64,000 bases of DNA. Origin: Nitrospira sp. (GTDB taxonomy: Bacteria; Nitrospirota; Nitrospiria; Nitrospirales; Nitrospiraceae). The notes under the pieces were generated by a model. The model did not search any database, was not told where the DNA came from, and saw only the letters and a list, made by a program, of their open reading frames with translations. Made by a program: the position numbers and the translations under genes. Below, piece by piece: positions 39,774-50,210 of the stretch. The stretch is from contig AP038806.1 of the NCBI GenBank assembly GCA_047150005.1, positions 352,001 through 416,000 on the forward strand. The letters are read 5' to 3'. Position 1 is the first letter of the stretch; each line of letters opens with the position of its first letter.

Positions 39774-41261
39774 CTATTGACGGGCCAGATTTGAAGGGGC
39801 CATTGCCTTGTCACTCACAATTTCGTGATACCAAGAGAGAAATCCATCGACTTGACCTTGTAAGTTGAATCGCTTGGCTGCGTCCAGAGCCGCATTCTCG
39901 CCCAGGCGACGGCGTAACGCTTCGTCGCGCAGCAACCGTTCGATTCCCGCCGCCATCGCCTGGGCATCACCGCCCGGAACCAGCACTCCAGTTGCCTCAG
40001 TGGTCCCATACTGATTTAATCCAGAATTCCACAAGCTGAATTGTGAGAGTTCCAACCCTTTTACCTGCTCCGGTATGCCGCCGATCCCAGTTGCCACCAC
40101 CGCCGTGCCGCAGGAGAGCGCTTCGATGACGGTTAAGGGACACACCTCGGCGCGAGCTGCGTGGACATAGAGATCGGCTGCTTGAAAATAGCGGGCCACG
40201 GCGTGACGATCTTTCTGGTAAGGGACGAATCGGACTTCCGCCAAGCCGATCCGTTCGGGCGGCCCCTCTTCACCCAACGCAATGAAGATCAGGTCACAAC
40301 CGTGCATGCTCTGAGCCACCGTAGCTACGGCGGCTTTCATGGTCGCATAATCTTTCCAAATGTTCCGCCGAATACCGTTGGCGGTAAAAAGCAGTACCTT
40401 GGCGTCCTGCGGGATGCCCAGTGCAGTGCGCACGCCCTGCCGGTCCGCCGGATGGAAAATGGAGAAGTCGACCCCATTTGGAATCACGCGAGCCTTCACA
40501 ATGGCCGGCGCGAGGATCGATTCTTCGACTCTTCGCATGAGCCAATGGGAGGGGGCCGTCACATAGAGCCGGCTCTTTGCAAAAATGTCCCGCTTCCGAC
40601 GCCAATTGAAGGCCGTGGCGTCGCGTTCGATGGTCGGATAGATACTAAGGTCCGGGCAGCGGCCACAGCCGGTTTTCCACCGATCGCAGTCAAACGAATG
40701 CGCGCAGTGACCGCTCAGTAACCAGGCATCTCGAAGATTGACGATGACCGGCACCTCATGGCTCAAGCTTGGGAGGACGCGCAGGTCGAAGTAGTTGCCA
40801 TGCAGGTTGTGGCAATGCACGATATCAGGCCTGCGCGGAGGCAGGCTCAACAATTGTCGCGTCCCGGGAAAATCAAACTCCTCCATCCCTAGGGATCGTT
40901 TCACCTGAAGCCAGGGATTCGACCAAGTTCTGAGCCATTCCCGTATTCGTCCTACCCCCGGCACGTCTTCTTCAATGGGCTGCAATCGTTCCTGGATATT
41001 CTCGTTGAGTCGCGTCCAGAGATTCCGAGGTCGCTCGTTGGGGATGACCAGCACATCCGGGTCGTCTGTGCGTTTCGTTCCCACGGCCAACCACGATTCG
41101 TGGCCTCGATCTTTATAGGCTCGATACAGGTTCCACGCCGAGCGCTCCGCGCCGCCGGCTCTGTCCGCTGTACAGACTTGTAGAATTCGCAAGGGGTGAG
41201 ATTCCACCGGGTTTGTATCTCCGTTCGCGGCATATGCACCTGGATTAATCGCTGTACTCAT
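39774..41261 (-). CDS. GT4 glycosyltransferase (WcaC-like)
   Basis: GGAERSA, HCHNLHGNY, SGHCAH...CGRCPDL, IEALSCGTAVVA. Start moved to ATG 41261. Confidence 0.9.
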   Translation of the reverse strand: MSTAINPGAYAANGDTNPVESHPLRILQVCTADRAGGAERSAWNLYRAYKDRGHESWLAVGTKRTDDPDVLVIPNERPRNLWTRLNENIQERLQPIEEDVPGVGRIREWLRTWSNPWLQVKRSLGMEEFDFPGTRQLLSLPPRRPDIVHCHNLHGNYFDLRVLPSLSHEVPVIVNLRDAWLLSGHCAHSFDCDRWKTGCGRCPDLSIYPTIERDATAFNWRRKRDIFAKSRLYVTAPSHWLMRRVEESILAPAIVKARVIPNGVDFSIFHPADRQGVRTALGIPQDAKVLLFTANGIRRNIWKDYATMKAAVATVAQSMHGCDLIFIALGEEGPPERIGLAEVRFVPYQKDRHAVARYFQAADLYVHAARAEVCPLTVIEALSCGTAVVATGIGGIPEQVKGLELSQFSLWNSGLNQYGTTEATGVLVPGGDAQAMAAGIERLLRDEALRRRLGENAALDAAKRFNLQGQVDGFLSWYHEIVSDKAMAPSNLARQ

Positions 41262-41338
41262 TCCAGACCCTATGGGGACCGACTCTCTATGCCATGCTGG
41301 GTGAGCACTAAGGAGGAGCGGACGGCCTATCGTGCGGT

Positions 41339-42343
41339 TCAGGCGCATCTCCGCGCGGAGCCCACAATGCCGTTGGAACCGTATCGGACTTCGATGTCCG
41401 ACAGCTTGACCTCTTCGAACCACGACCGGATGTCACCAATCGTTTGGGGCTGGTCGTACTTCGGCGATAAGGAATTGAACGTGTCGAGAATGGCCCAGTC
41501 CATGATTTGTTGCTCTGACAGCGGCAACACTCCGGTATAATTCCAACAGGGGACAATCCCGCGCGCATAGTTCGCAAATCGCCAGAGGAACGGTATCTGA
41601 TCGAGCTTGTTATCTAACGGCAGCCACCAGGGCATGTACCACTTCACGAATCGGAATAAGAGATCCTCCGGCAGACGTTTCGTCACCGGTCGCCACAGAT
41701 ATTTGCTTGTCCATCGGCTGGGCCATTTGTCCTTTCGATACACGTCCACAGCCAGCTTCCCTCCGGGCTTGAGAAAATCGATCAAACTCATGAAGGCCCG
41801 CTTCACATCAGGCGTGTATTGGAGGACTCCAAAGCAAAATACCTTATCGAAAGAGAACTTTCTGAACGGCATCGCATAGACATCCCCTTGAACGACGTTC
41901 AGGCGGGGGTGGGGTCCATGGTTGGCCCAACAGGCATCGACGACATTGCTATAGTCCAGAGACCAGACTTCTGCCCCGGCATCCAGCATCACTTGAGTGA
42001 ACCGACCGGCTCCGCACCCCACCTCCAAAATTCGTTGCCCCTTCAACTCCCCTGCAGACCAACCGGTGCCACTATAGAATCTCGTAGCGGAGATCGTCGT
42101 TCCATTGACGCGATCGATTTGCAACTGCCGAAAGCTCTCCCATTGCCAGCCGAATTTCATGCGGTATGAACTATCGTCCACAAATCTCGGAATGAATTTT
42201 CGAATCGGCACAAGGCGATTCGACGAAGGGTCAATTAGGCACCCCTCTTTGATTTCGTCGCCGACCTTCTCATCCACCTGCTTCAACTCAAATTCACTTC
42301 CGTTCGCAGGCAGGACAAAGGCCTTCACAGCTTCATGCCGCAT
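41339..42343 (-). CDS. Class I SAM methyltransferase with degenerate Trm112-like N-terminus
   Basis: IPRFV, FGWQW, LEVGCGAGRF, LKPGG, LDTFN.LSP.Y. Confidence 0.88.
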   Translation of the reverse strand: MRHEAVKAFVLPANGSEFELKQVDEKVGDEIKEGCLIDPSSNRLVPIRKFIPRFVDDSSYRMKFGWQWESFRQLQIDRVNGTTISATRFYSGTGWSAGELKGQRILEVGCGAGRFTQVMLDAGAEVWSLDYSNVVDACWANHGPHPRLNVVQGDVYAMPFRKFSFDKVFCFGVLQYTPDVKRAFMSLIDFLKPGGKLAVDVYRKDKWPSRWTSKYLWRPVTKRLPEDLLFRFVKWYMPWWLPLDNKLDQIPFLWRFANYARGIVPCWNYTGVLPLSEQQIMDWAILDTFNSLSPKYDQPQTIGDIRSWFEEVKLSDIEVRYGSNGIVGSARRCA

Positions 42344-42456
42344 AGCTCTCACTCCCCTTTTATTAAATGATCAAAGACATCCGGACGGGCACATACATGC
42401 GGGCCGGTGTAGAGACGCTGCTATGACGCAACCGCCAGCGCGGTACGTGGAAGCGA

Positions 42457-43503
42457 TCACGCGCCGTACCATCGAAGAAGCTGGCGATCGAACTCATCTC
42501 CATCCCAATCACGGACGAGAAAGCGGGGTAACTGCCAGGGATCAGTGTCTGGCCGCACAAGACCTTCGAAATTCGAGCAGGCATAATCATATCCGGCTTC
42601 TCGTACCAGGCTTACGGTCTGCGTCGTGTAATCCGAACGTGTTCCGTACGGATAGGCAAAGCTCCTTACCGGATATCCTAAGATTTCCTCCAGCCGACTC
42701 TTGCTCCGTCCTATCTCCTCTCGCTGCATCGAAACCGGAAGTGCGGAGAGAACCGGATGCGTCACAGTGTGGGAGCCCGCTTCCACAAACCCGTCTTTGG
42801 TCGCCTGACGGACCTCGTCGGGAGTGAGTGCACGATAGGCAGGACGACCAGGTGACACCGTCTTTGCCCAGACTTCCAGCGTCTTGAACACCGCTCGCTG
42901 TTCCTGATCTGGCAAGGGGTGGAGGAGTTGGCAAAGAGACCGATACACCTCATGCCGTGGAGTGGGATTCTCCGGTCGGACCACATTCCAAACGCGATTC
43001 CGCCGGTACGCATCCTCGCTATACTCGGCCGCATCCCCGAGGTACCACCGATGCGCGCGTCCGTTGACGGTCAGGGAGAGCTCTTGGGGCAAGGTGCCCG
43101 GTTGCAAGAAGAGTCGTTCAACTTCGTCCCACCAGAATTCCCGGTCATGTCCAAGGTATCCGGTCGCGACGAAGAAGGTCGCGGGAATGTCATGACGCCT
43201 GAGTAAGGGTCCGCCACTGATCAGGTTGTCCGCATATCCGTCGTCAAATGTGACCGCTACTGCCCGCTGTGGCAGTTTGTTCTCTCGCCATGCTCGAACC
43301 ATGTCTTCGAGCCTCATGGGATGTGCCTGCTTCTGCAGAATCTCGAGGTGTTGTTCAAAGCGCTCGGGAGTCACGCTCAGCAGCTGAGGATCCGATTGTA
43401 AATCGGCGATCCGATGGTACAGCAGAATGAGAGGCTTCCGATTGAATCGGCCTTTAAGCCGCCGAGCGGCTTGTCGCAACGTTGTAATTCCTTGTCGAAT
43501 CAT
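42457..43503 (-). CDS. Polysaccharide deacetylase (CE4)
   Basis: LLYHRI, VTFDDGYADN, GSHTVTH, FAYPYG. Confidence 0.92.
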   Translation of the reverse strand: MIRQGITTLRQAARRLKGRFNRKPLILLYHRIADLQSDPQLLSVTPERFEQHLEILQKQAHPMRLEDMVRAWRENKLPQRAVAVTFDDGYADNLISGGPLLRRHDIPATFFVATGYLGHDREFWWDEVERLFLQPGTLPQELSLTVNGRAHRWYLGDAAEYSEDAYRRNRVWNVVRPENPTPRHEVYRSLCQLLHPLPDQEQRAVFKTLEVWAKTVSPGRPAYRALTPDEVRQATKDGFVEAGSHTVTHPVLSALPVSMQREEIGRSKSRLEEILGYPVRSFAYPYGTRSDYTTQTVSLVREAGYDYACSNFEGLVRPDTDPWQLPRFLVRDWDGDEFDRQLLRWYGA

Positions 43504-44305
43504 CGTCCCTCAGCGGGCTTCACTGCCCGAAGCGCAATAAGCAGTTCATAATCCTGGTCACGATGGTCAAGCTGTCGTTGGTTTAAATCTTCAACCGCAA
43601 GCCCATGTAAAAATGCGACCGCAGAATAGACATTCCCCTACACCTCGACCGAAACATGCTCCGCCGGAAACACTTCCTCCAGGAGTCGCCGTGCCGATCA
43701 AGTGGTAAACCGCCAGTACTCACCCCAACGCTCCATATCATAGCGGCTGATCTGGCTGATCCCGGGCATGGTCGCCAGCAAGCCCCCCCTGGCTTCAGGA
43801 CGGAAAGGACCGTTTCAACCGCCCCTCGAAAATTGTAAATGAATTCCAGAGTCTGGGTGAGAATGATGCAGTCGAAGGCATCTCTGTGTATTCCCTGACC
43901 TGTTGCCAAATCACCAACCAAGGTGGCTTGAAGATTGCCCGAAACAGCATGGAGGACATCCGAACGCGCGACTCTCCCTCCGCCAAACTGACGGGTATAC
44001 CTGGATGTTTCAACCTCCAATACATCTCCTCGGATATCGTCGATATATTTCCTCAAAAAAATTTCTATGTAATACCGGTCTACTCCTTGCCCCCGTTCTA
44101 TGCCGAAGGTAGGGTTGATCGGCGCGAGCCGCTTTAGAGTCCCGAATCGGACCCGCCCAAGCGGAGGCCGCAGACTATAGCGATGCTGCTCCGTGCGAAT
44201 CCACCGCTTCAACGAAACAGGTAACAATCCCTTCGCAGCCGAGATACAGCGGCCGACAATAGAATTATCACTTGGAAGCGCTTCTCGACGAGCTTTCTCG
44301 TCCAT
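43500..44305 (-). pseudogene. SAM methyltransferase pseudogene (1 frameshift + 2 nonsense codons)
   Basis: RG..VDRYYIE, FDCIILTQTL, LKPGG, then a frameshift at the G7 run (43783-43789). The conserved-looking continuation LLATMPGISQISRYDMERWGEYWRFTT*SARR...EV*GNV...LHGLA...RAVKP ends in a TGA overlapping the next ATG. Confidence 0.88.
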
Positions 44306-44401
44306 CTGAATTCTGCTTTCACCTATTGCCGCACCCACCATGAAGCAGGGGCGACTCACGTGTTCACATGGCCTTGGCGACCGGACTCCACCCACATTGC
44401 C

Positions 44402-45517
44402 CTACAGATATTTGGAGATTATCTCGCTCAAGTCCTGCATTCGCTGAAAATACGTATGTGCCTGCAGCGTTCTGCGCTGTCCTGAGAGCGCGATCGCTTC
44501 GCGCTCGTCCTCATGTTCAAGGTAGTATCGTACCTTCTCGACGCATTCATCAAGGCTTCGATACGCTACGACTTCTTTCTCCAGCTGAAACATCTCGTGA
44601 AGATTTTCCTTCCAATCAGTAACAAGTAGGGCTCCCGTACCGGTCGCTTCATACATGCGCATGTTATTCGCGTAAGACTGGGCGACATCACTGTGATAGT
44701 TGATGACGATCTTTGAACCGGCCAGGATCCTGAACATATTGATACCCCAGACAGCCCCCAGGCAACAAGAACGAATCGGCGAATCCTGTGGCAGGCGTTC
44801 AATTCCGACTCCCCACACATTGATGGGCAATGTCATGCACAATCGCTCCAACAACTGATCCCGCTTGGAATGCGAACTCGTGAAACTGCCGACAAAGGAA
44901 ACAAGAATGTTTTTCTTTTGATGTTTGAGCGCGTGCAAGACCGACGGCTCAAACGCCAACCGATTAAATTCACTGCAAACTCCGATGCCCCGAAAATATT
45001 CCACAAAGTTCGGCAGGGAGGAAATCACAAGATCATAGACGCTCCAGTTCTCTCCGGCAGGTAGGTAGGCCGCAATCTGTCCCGCCAAGAGCCTCGTATG
45101 GGATTTCATTTCGTTGAGAAAGGCACTGCTGATTTCGTCCATGGCCAGGTTCAGAATAACATCAGGCCTGTACCATCTGATCTGAGCGGCCAGGATGGCA
45201 TAAAACCACCGACGCGGTTCGCTGCGTGAAATCCAGGGTACGACCCCTCGTCGCAATCGAAATTCCCAATCCAAACCGATATTGACTCCATGCTCCTGCG
45301 CCCACCGCTTCTGCATGACCTCATTGTTTACGTGCAGATCCTGTGCGTCATGACCAAGCGCCCGTAGGTGTTTGGCGCAAAATCCCGCCATGCCGAAGCA
45401 TGCCTCGGTATGAACGCGCAACTGTTCCTCGAAGGGCCTGACCTCCAGCCCGGGATTTTCGGCATAAAGCCAGGCGGTAAACGCGGGGTAATCTGTGTCT
45501 AGAATGAGGAGCCGCAT
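44402..45517 (-). CDS. CgeB-like / GT-B glycosyltransferase
   Basis: FVGS, SKIVINYH, NNMRMYEATGTGALLVTD, GQRRTLQAHTY. Confidence 0.85.
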   Translation of the reverse strand: MRLLILDTDYPAFTAWLYAENPGLEVRPFEEQLRVHTEACFGMAGFCAKHLRALGHDAQDLHVNNEVMQKRWAQEHGVNIGLDWEFRLRRGVVPWISRSEPRRWFYAILAAQIRWYRPDVILNLAMDEISSAFLNEMKSHTRLLAGQIAAYLPAGENWSVYDLVISSLPNFVEYFRGIGVCSEFNRLAFEPSVLHALKHQKKNILVSFVGSFTSSHSKRDQLLERLCMTLPINVWGVGIERLPQDSPIRSCCLGAVWGINMFRILAGSKIVINYHSDVAQSYANNMRMYEATGTGALLVTDWKENLHEMFQLEKEVVAYRSLDECVEKVRYYLEHEDEREAIALSGQRRTLQAHTYFQRMQDLSEIISKYL

Positions 45518-45624
45518 CGTTCTAATCTAGATTCCTCTTGCCATCGATTCCTGAAGCTTGAAGAACGAAATCTGTTGAATAACGGCAGGAAACAAAGCAG
45601 CTTCGTCGAAAGCTGAGCCGGCTC

Positions 45625-46479
45625 CTAGACTGTCCTCGTATAGGCGAAATTCGCTGGAGGACTAAACACCCGTAATCGATAGTCTATTTTCCGCAGCAAA
45701 CGATCGATTTCTTCAAAGTTTCTTTTCCCGCGCAGCGAGGGCGATTGCAACTCTTCAAATTCGACCAGAATCTGGGAAGGATAGATTCCCTTGCTGATCA
45801 TATCTCTGATCACATCCCTTTGGGCGCCTTCGATATCCAGTTTCAGTAAGACCGGATGCGAGCTCAAAGAGAATGTTTGCAACAGCTTGTCGATCGTGAT
45901 GCATTCCACGTCGCAGGACGGACCTTGCCTCGAATAGTTGTTCTGGAAGTCGACGATACTATGGCTCACGTAGCTCGGATCCGGAGGAGCAAAAAACTCG
46001 ACAGTATTGTTGTGAGTCCAGATCGCCTTGGGGACAAGGTGAAGATTATGGCTGCCGAGCTTGGATAAGTCATACGACTTGACGGGCTGGTTTCCGCCTT
46101 CAACATAACTCGTTTCTCTGCCCATGCCGATCCGCGTCATTATTCCGTCAAAATGCTTGATGGCCCGAACAGTCGGGTCTACAACAATCACCGTTGCGTT
46201 GTACCGTGATGCAAACTCGACATCGAAACTCGCATCTTCCCCCAGCCCGCAACTGATTACAGTTCCACCATAGAATCTTTTGTCCTCCACAAAGTCCCAA
46301 CCTCCATACTCAGTTCCAAGTCTTCGCGTATTCGGAAGCGGGTCGACGGCAAACTTGGGAGTGAGCCAATACTGTTGGAGCGGGCTCATGAGATCTTTCC
46401 CGAGGAGGCGGACGGAGATGGCCCGCCCTACACCACATACCCCTTCGCGTTTGAACGTGTTTATGATTTTACCGACCAT
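45625..46479 (-). CDS. FkbM-family methyltransferase
   Basis: LGTEYGGW, SCGLGEDASFD, LLKLDIEGA, QILVEF. Start uncertain (ORF is open to 46527). Confidence 0.82.
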   Translation of the reverse strand: MVGKIINTFKREGVCGVGRAISVRLLGKDLMSPLQQYWLTPKFAVDPLPNTRRLGTEYGGWDFVEDKRFYGGTVISCGLGEDASFDVEFASRYNATVIVVDPTVRAIKHFDGIMTRIGMGRETSYVEGGNQPVKSYDLSKLGSHNLHLVPKAIWTHNNTVEFFAPPDPSYVSHSIVDFQNNYSRQGPSCDVECITIDKLLQTFSLSSHPVLLKLDIEGAQRDVIRDMISKGIYPSQILVEFEELQSPSLRGKRNFEEIDRLLRKIDYRLRVFSPPANFAYTRTV

Positions 46480-46627
46480 AGGAACGTGGCTCTCATAGGT
46501 TGTCCCTCCGTTTCGCCTTGCAGCCAATCGAGCAAGGCAGAGTGGTTACAGGCGGGCGGAGGTGTGAGGATTTTCCGTTGCTCATTCCCGGAACGGCCAT
46601 ACCGATTCTAGGGGCATGAGGAAAAAC

Positions 46628-47884
46628 CTAGGCAGCGGGACCTGCCGTCCACTTGTGCTTGACCAGGAATCCCTCATCATGGGTCTTTAATTGGCCCGTG
46701 CCGAAGAAGTCGCCGGCTACGACATTGAGCGATCCCGCCTGCGTCACCCAATCAGCCATGACTCCTCCTACGGTTGAATACAAATTGAACACATACCGAC
46801 CCGGTGCGAGCGGCAACTCAGGAATATGGCAGAACACTCGCCCCTTCGGAGGGAGCGCTTCGAACGGATGCCCACTGGCCTCGCTCGAACAATTGAACAT
46901 GAATTGCCCCAATGTCGTATAGAAGGTGATGTGCATATCCAATCGAGAGATCGGCTTATTGTCGCGTGACCGATAGGACACCGGGATGGTGATGTCTTGA
47001 CCGGAAAGAGCTTCATCGATCGGGGAGCCTTTTCCATCACAGATCGAGACATCCTGGATCCGAATCTCCCCGTTGCCTTGGCGATCCTGTCGTTCCCCCA
47101 CTTGGGTCACTTGACCTGACGCAGCGCCGGCCATGTATTCCTCGATTACCGCGCGCGGAGCCCCCTGCGCCACCAGTCTGCCGCTCTTCAGCATGTAACA
47201 CTGAGAGCAGAGTCCCTGCATCGCGGCCATGTTATGGCTGACAAACAATACCGTTCGGCCTTCTTTCGCCACATCTCCCATCTTGCCCAGGCACTTCTGT
47301 TGAAACTTTGCGTCGCCGACCGCCAGCACCTCGTCCACGACGAGAATTTCAGGTCTCAGATGTGCCGCCACCGAGAACCCCAGACGGACATACATTCCGC
47401 TTGAGTAGTGCTTGACTGGATCATCGATGAACTCCTCCACCCCTGAGAACTCGACGATCTCGTTGAATCTCCGATCAATTTCAGACTTTTTCATTCCTAA
47501 GATGGCCCCGCTGAGATAGACGTTCTCTCGCCCACTGAGGTCGCCCACGAAACCGGTGCCGACTTCGAGGAGGGAACCCATCCGGCCGTACACCTGGGCT
47601 CTCCCCTCAGTCGGCTCCGTGATTCGGGACAGGATTTTCAGCAAGGTGCTCTTGCCGGCTCCGTTGCCACCAACGAACCCTATGACCTCTCCTTGCTTGA
47701 CCTCAAAGCAGATGTCTTGCAACGCCCAGAAACTCTTCTGGCCGAGATGCAGCTGTTTATTGCGTCCCCACAGAGACCTCAGACCATCTGCGAGCTTATC
47801 ACCCAGCCTGTCGTGCCAGTCATTGGCTGACTTTATCTGATACTGCTTTGAGAGATGTTCCACGCGGATGGCGATATTGCCCAT
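46628..47884 (-). CDS. wzt: Polysaccharide ABC transporter ATPase with C-terminal carbohydrate-binding domain
   Basis: GGNGAGKST, LLEVGTGF, YSSGMYVRLGF, DEVLAVGD, FVSHN; C-terminal extension of about 170 aa. Confidence 0.95.
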   Translation of the reverse strand: MGNIAIRVEHLSKQYQIKSANDWHDRLGDKLADGLRSLWGRNKQLHLGQKSFWALQDICFEVKQGEVIGFVGGNGAGKSTLLKILSRITEPTEGRAQVYGRMGSLLEVGTGFVGDLSGRENVYLSGAILGMKKSEIDRRFNEIVEFSGVEEFIDDPVKHYSSGMYVRLGFSVAAHLRPEILVVDEVLAVGDAKFQQKCLGKMGDVAKEGRTVLFVSHNMAAMQGLCSQCYMLKSGRLVAQGAPRAVIEEYMAGAASGQVTQVGERQDRQGNGEIRIQDVSICDGKGSPIDEALSGQDITIPVSYRSRDNKPISRLDMHITFYTTLGQFMFNCSSEASGHPFEALPPKGRVFCHIPELPLAPGRYVFNLYSTVGGVMADWVTQAGSLNVVAGDFFGTGQLKTHDEGFLVKHKWTAGPAA

Positions 47885-47937
47885 GGACCAGAATCCTCAC
47901 CGGGAAGTTTTGATCGTGTCCGCCACTGGCTGATTCC

Positions 47938-50073
47938 TCATGTCTCTTGCTTCGCGGCGGCCGAAACCGGCTCAATCTCAACGACCACGCTGCTCCTTAC
48001 TTCTCCATGCGCAGGATCGGATGGGTTGGAACGGAAGTTCCAAACCCATTCCTGAAGCTCCAATTGGCTGATTTTCCGGTCAGAGGGAGACTTTCTATTG
48101 TAGATTGCGCCGCTCAGAATGAGGAACTTCTGGCAGGTTTCGAGGTCTTTCGCCAGTGAAGCGCCTTTCTCATCGAGATGGCCGCTGAAGCATTTTTTGA
48201 GGAGAGGCGTGTCCCGACCGTCGTAGCGGAGCGCACCGACGGAATCCCCTACACGGACAGGAATAACCGCCCCAGAGGCCTGCCGTCCGACCGCCTTAAA
48301 ATAGCTGATCTCCCCTGAGTAGTTTAATGATGCATACAGGTGCCATGAGGTCATCACGGGGTAGAACTCGACTCTGTAGAAATAGGAGACAGCCATGACG
48401 ACGCAGAAGACAGAGATGAGCCAGGCGTAGCGGAAAATCTGTGGCCCTTCACTGACTTCAAACGTGGTCCGGAGGTCACCGGCTCCCGAAGGCACGGTCG
48501 GACAGTGAGTATCGCAATGAAGCAGAGCGAGACGATTACGCGCGATATAGCCATAGACCCGCTCGCCGAACCACGAGACTCCGGGAACATAGAGCAACGG
48601 GCTCAGCAGCCAAAATGTTGGCAGTGCCTGTGACAAAACACGGTAGCCATAATACCCGACATATGCCTGCCCCCGGCTGATGACATACATCTCTCTATCG
48701 AGATCTTCGATCGTCAGGGCTAATTGATGGCGTCGGTTGTACTCAGCGAGGTTCAACCGACGAAAGTCGATAAATTCAAGCCGGGTGAACAGGTCGAAAA
48801 ATCCCAGCGCCCGAACCGTCCGATTGCAGAGAGGGCAGTGTCCATCGAAGAGGATTTGTATTCGGCCCGAAACGGCCTCCAGCCGTCGCGCGATCGCTTT
48901 CCGGATTCCGGTGAAGTCGTAGAAGACCGCCTGCAGGAGTATGAGATCGATGAAGAGGATCTTCTGCAGTATCAATACCCCTGTATGGAATGTCGCCGTC
49001 AGGATAGGCCAGTACTTGCGAACGGTCTTAGAAAACAACACCGCAATCCACAACGACTCGAAAGCCAGAACGAACAGCCCCAGAAAAACAAACAACGCAT
49101 CAGGGGCCTGAATCAGGGAGAGGGACCAGGACCAAGGGTATTCCCTGGGGAGAAGGGTGTCTTCATAAAAGGTCGCCCTTAAGCCGTCCGCGCTGCCCCA
49201 GGATAGTCCACCACCACGGAGCTTGCAGAGCCCGGTTTCCCAATACGTCACCGCGATCGCCACCCAGCAGGTATACCGGGCCCACCCATACACGGGCACG
49301 GCACGTTCCGGGTCCGGGACTGGCTGTCCTCGGACGACTCTCAGGAGACGATCCACCGACCACCCATCTCCGCAAGGAGTGAAGGAAAGGATCGTGATCA
49401 GATAGAGCGGGACCCATCCCTGGTGCCAGTTGAAGCTATAATCACGCAGGATACCGCCTAACAGGGCGAAACAGACCGCGCCGAGCGGAATGACCAGTCT
49501 TGTCCTATAACCGATCATCCCCAAGAATAAGAGCAATTCCGTCAGAAGCTGAAACACATGCAGTCCTACCTCACTCGCGACCAGCTTGTCGAAACCGAGC
49601 GGAAGGGCGTACAGCCAGCCCATCATCCCCACCGGCTTCCGCGCCTCGACGGGAAGCCATGCAATACTGGGAAGATCCTCTATCACTGTCCACAGCAAGA
49701 GAATTCCGCATGTCCACGCCCTGATCGCGCCGAGTGTCCCGGGTGTCGCTTCTCCCACGAACTTGCGGAAGAATGTCGGACTGGTTGTCATCATGAATAA
49801 CAGCAGGCCAAGTAGCCCGAAGGCTGTGGAGGCCACCGTCATACGCCAAGCAAGTTGATCCCAATCCCGCAGATATTCATCCACTGAATGGGTCGCATGC
49901 CCCTTGATGAGACTATTGAAGAGCGGAAAACTTTGGCCCCGGTGCGCGCTCTCGATCACCGAGGGCACGACCAGATTGGCGAAAACGATCCAGAGGCCCA
50001 ATACCACACACATGGCCACTAGGGGCAACCGGACGCGTTTCATGCCCATCCACAGATCACCGTCGGGGTTCAT
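47938..50073 (-). CDS. Multi-pass membrane protein with HTTM-like region and embedded DCC1/DUF393 thiol-disulfide domain
   Basis: PCGDGWSVD, YWETGLCKL, FHTG (HTTM-like); LFDGHCPLC...VYGYIARNR (DCC1-like). AAGGAGG before ATG 50073. Confidence 0.75.
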   Translation of the reverse strand: MNPDGDLWMGMKRVRLPLVAMCVVLGLWIVFANLVVPSVIESAHRGQSFPLFNSLIKGHATHSVDEYLRDWDQLAWRMTVASTAFGLLGLLLFMMTTSPTFFRKFVGEATPGTLGAIRAWTCGILLLWTVIEDLPSIAWLPVEARKPVGMMGWLYALPLGFDKLVASEVGLHVFQLLTELLLFLGMIGYRTRLVIPLGAVCFALLGGILRDYSFNWHQGWVPLYLITILSFTPCGDGWSVDRLLRVVRGQPVPDPERAVPVYGWARYTCWVAIAVTYWETGLCKLRGGGLSWGSADGLRATFYEDTLLPREYPWSWSLSLIQAPDALFVFLGLFVLAFESLWIAVLFSKTVRKYWPILTATFHTGVLILQKILFIDLILLQAVFYDFTGIRKAIARRLEAVSGRIQILFDGHCPLCNRTVRALGFFDLFTRLEFIDFRRLNLAEYNRRHQLALTIEDLDREMYVISRGQAYVGYYGYRVLSQALPTFWLLSPLLYVPGVSWFGERVYGYIARNRLALLHCDTHCPTVPSGAGDLRTTFEVSEGPQIFRYAWLISVFCVVMAVSYFYRVEFYPVMTSWHLYASLNYSGEISYFKAVGRQASGAVIPVRVGDSVGALRYDGRDTPLLKKCFSGHLDEKGASLAKDLETCQKFLILSGAIYNRKSPSDRKISQLELQEWVWNFRSNPSDPAHGEVRSSVVVEIEPVSAAAKQET

Positions 50074-50210
50074 TGTTACTACCCTCCTTTGTTTCGGCCT
50101 CCGCAAGGGCTGAAGTCATCATCATGGTGACAGGTCGTTTCATGTTTGCTACTGCCTGATTGCTCTATTCAAGTTTGACAACTGTCGGAAAACACGGCCT
50201 TGTGATGCAT

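Noticed and set aside
43638..43700. Recoding (Sec/Pyl readthrough) of the in-frame TGA and TAG
   Set aside because: They follow a frameshift and fall where Leu and Tyr would be expected; simple decay is more likely.
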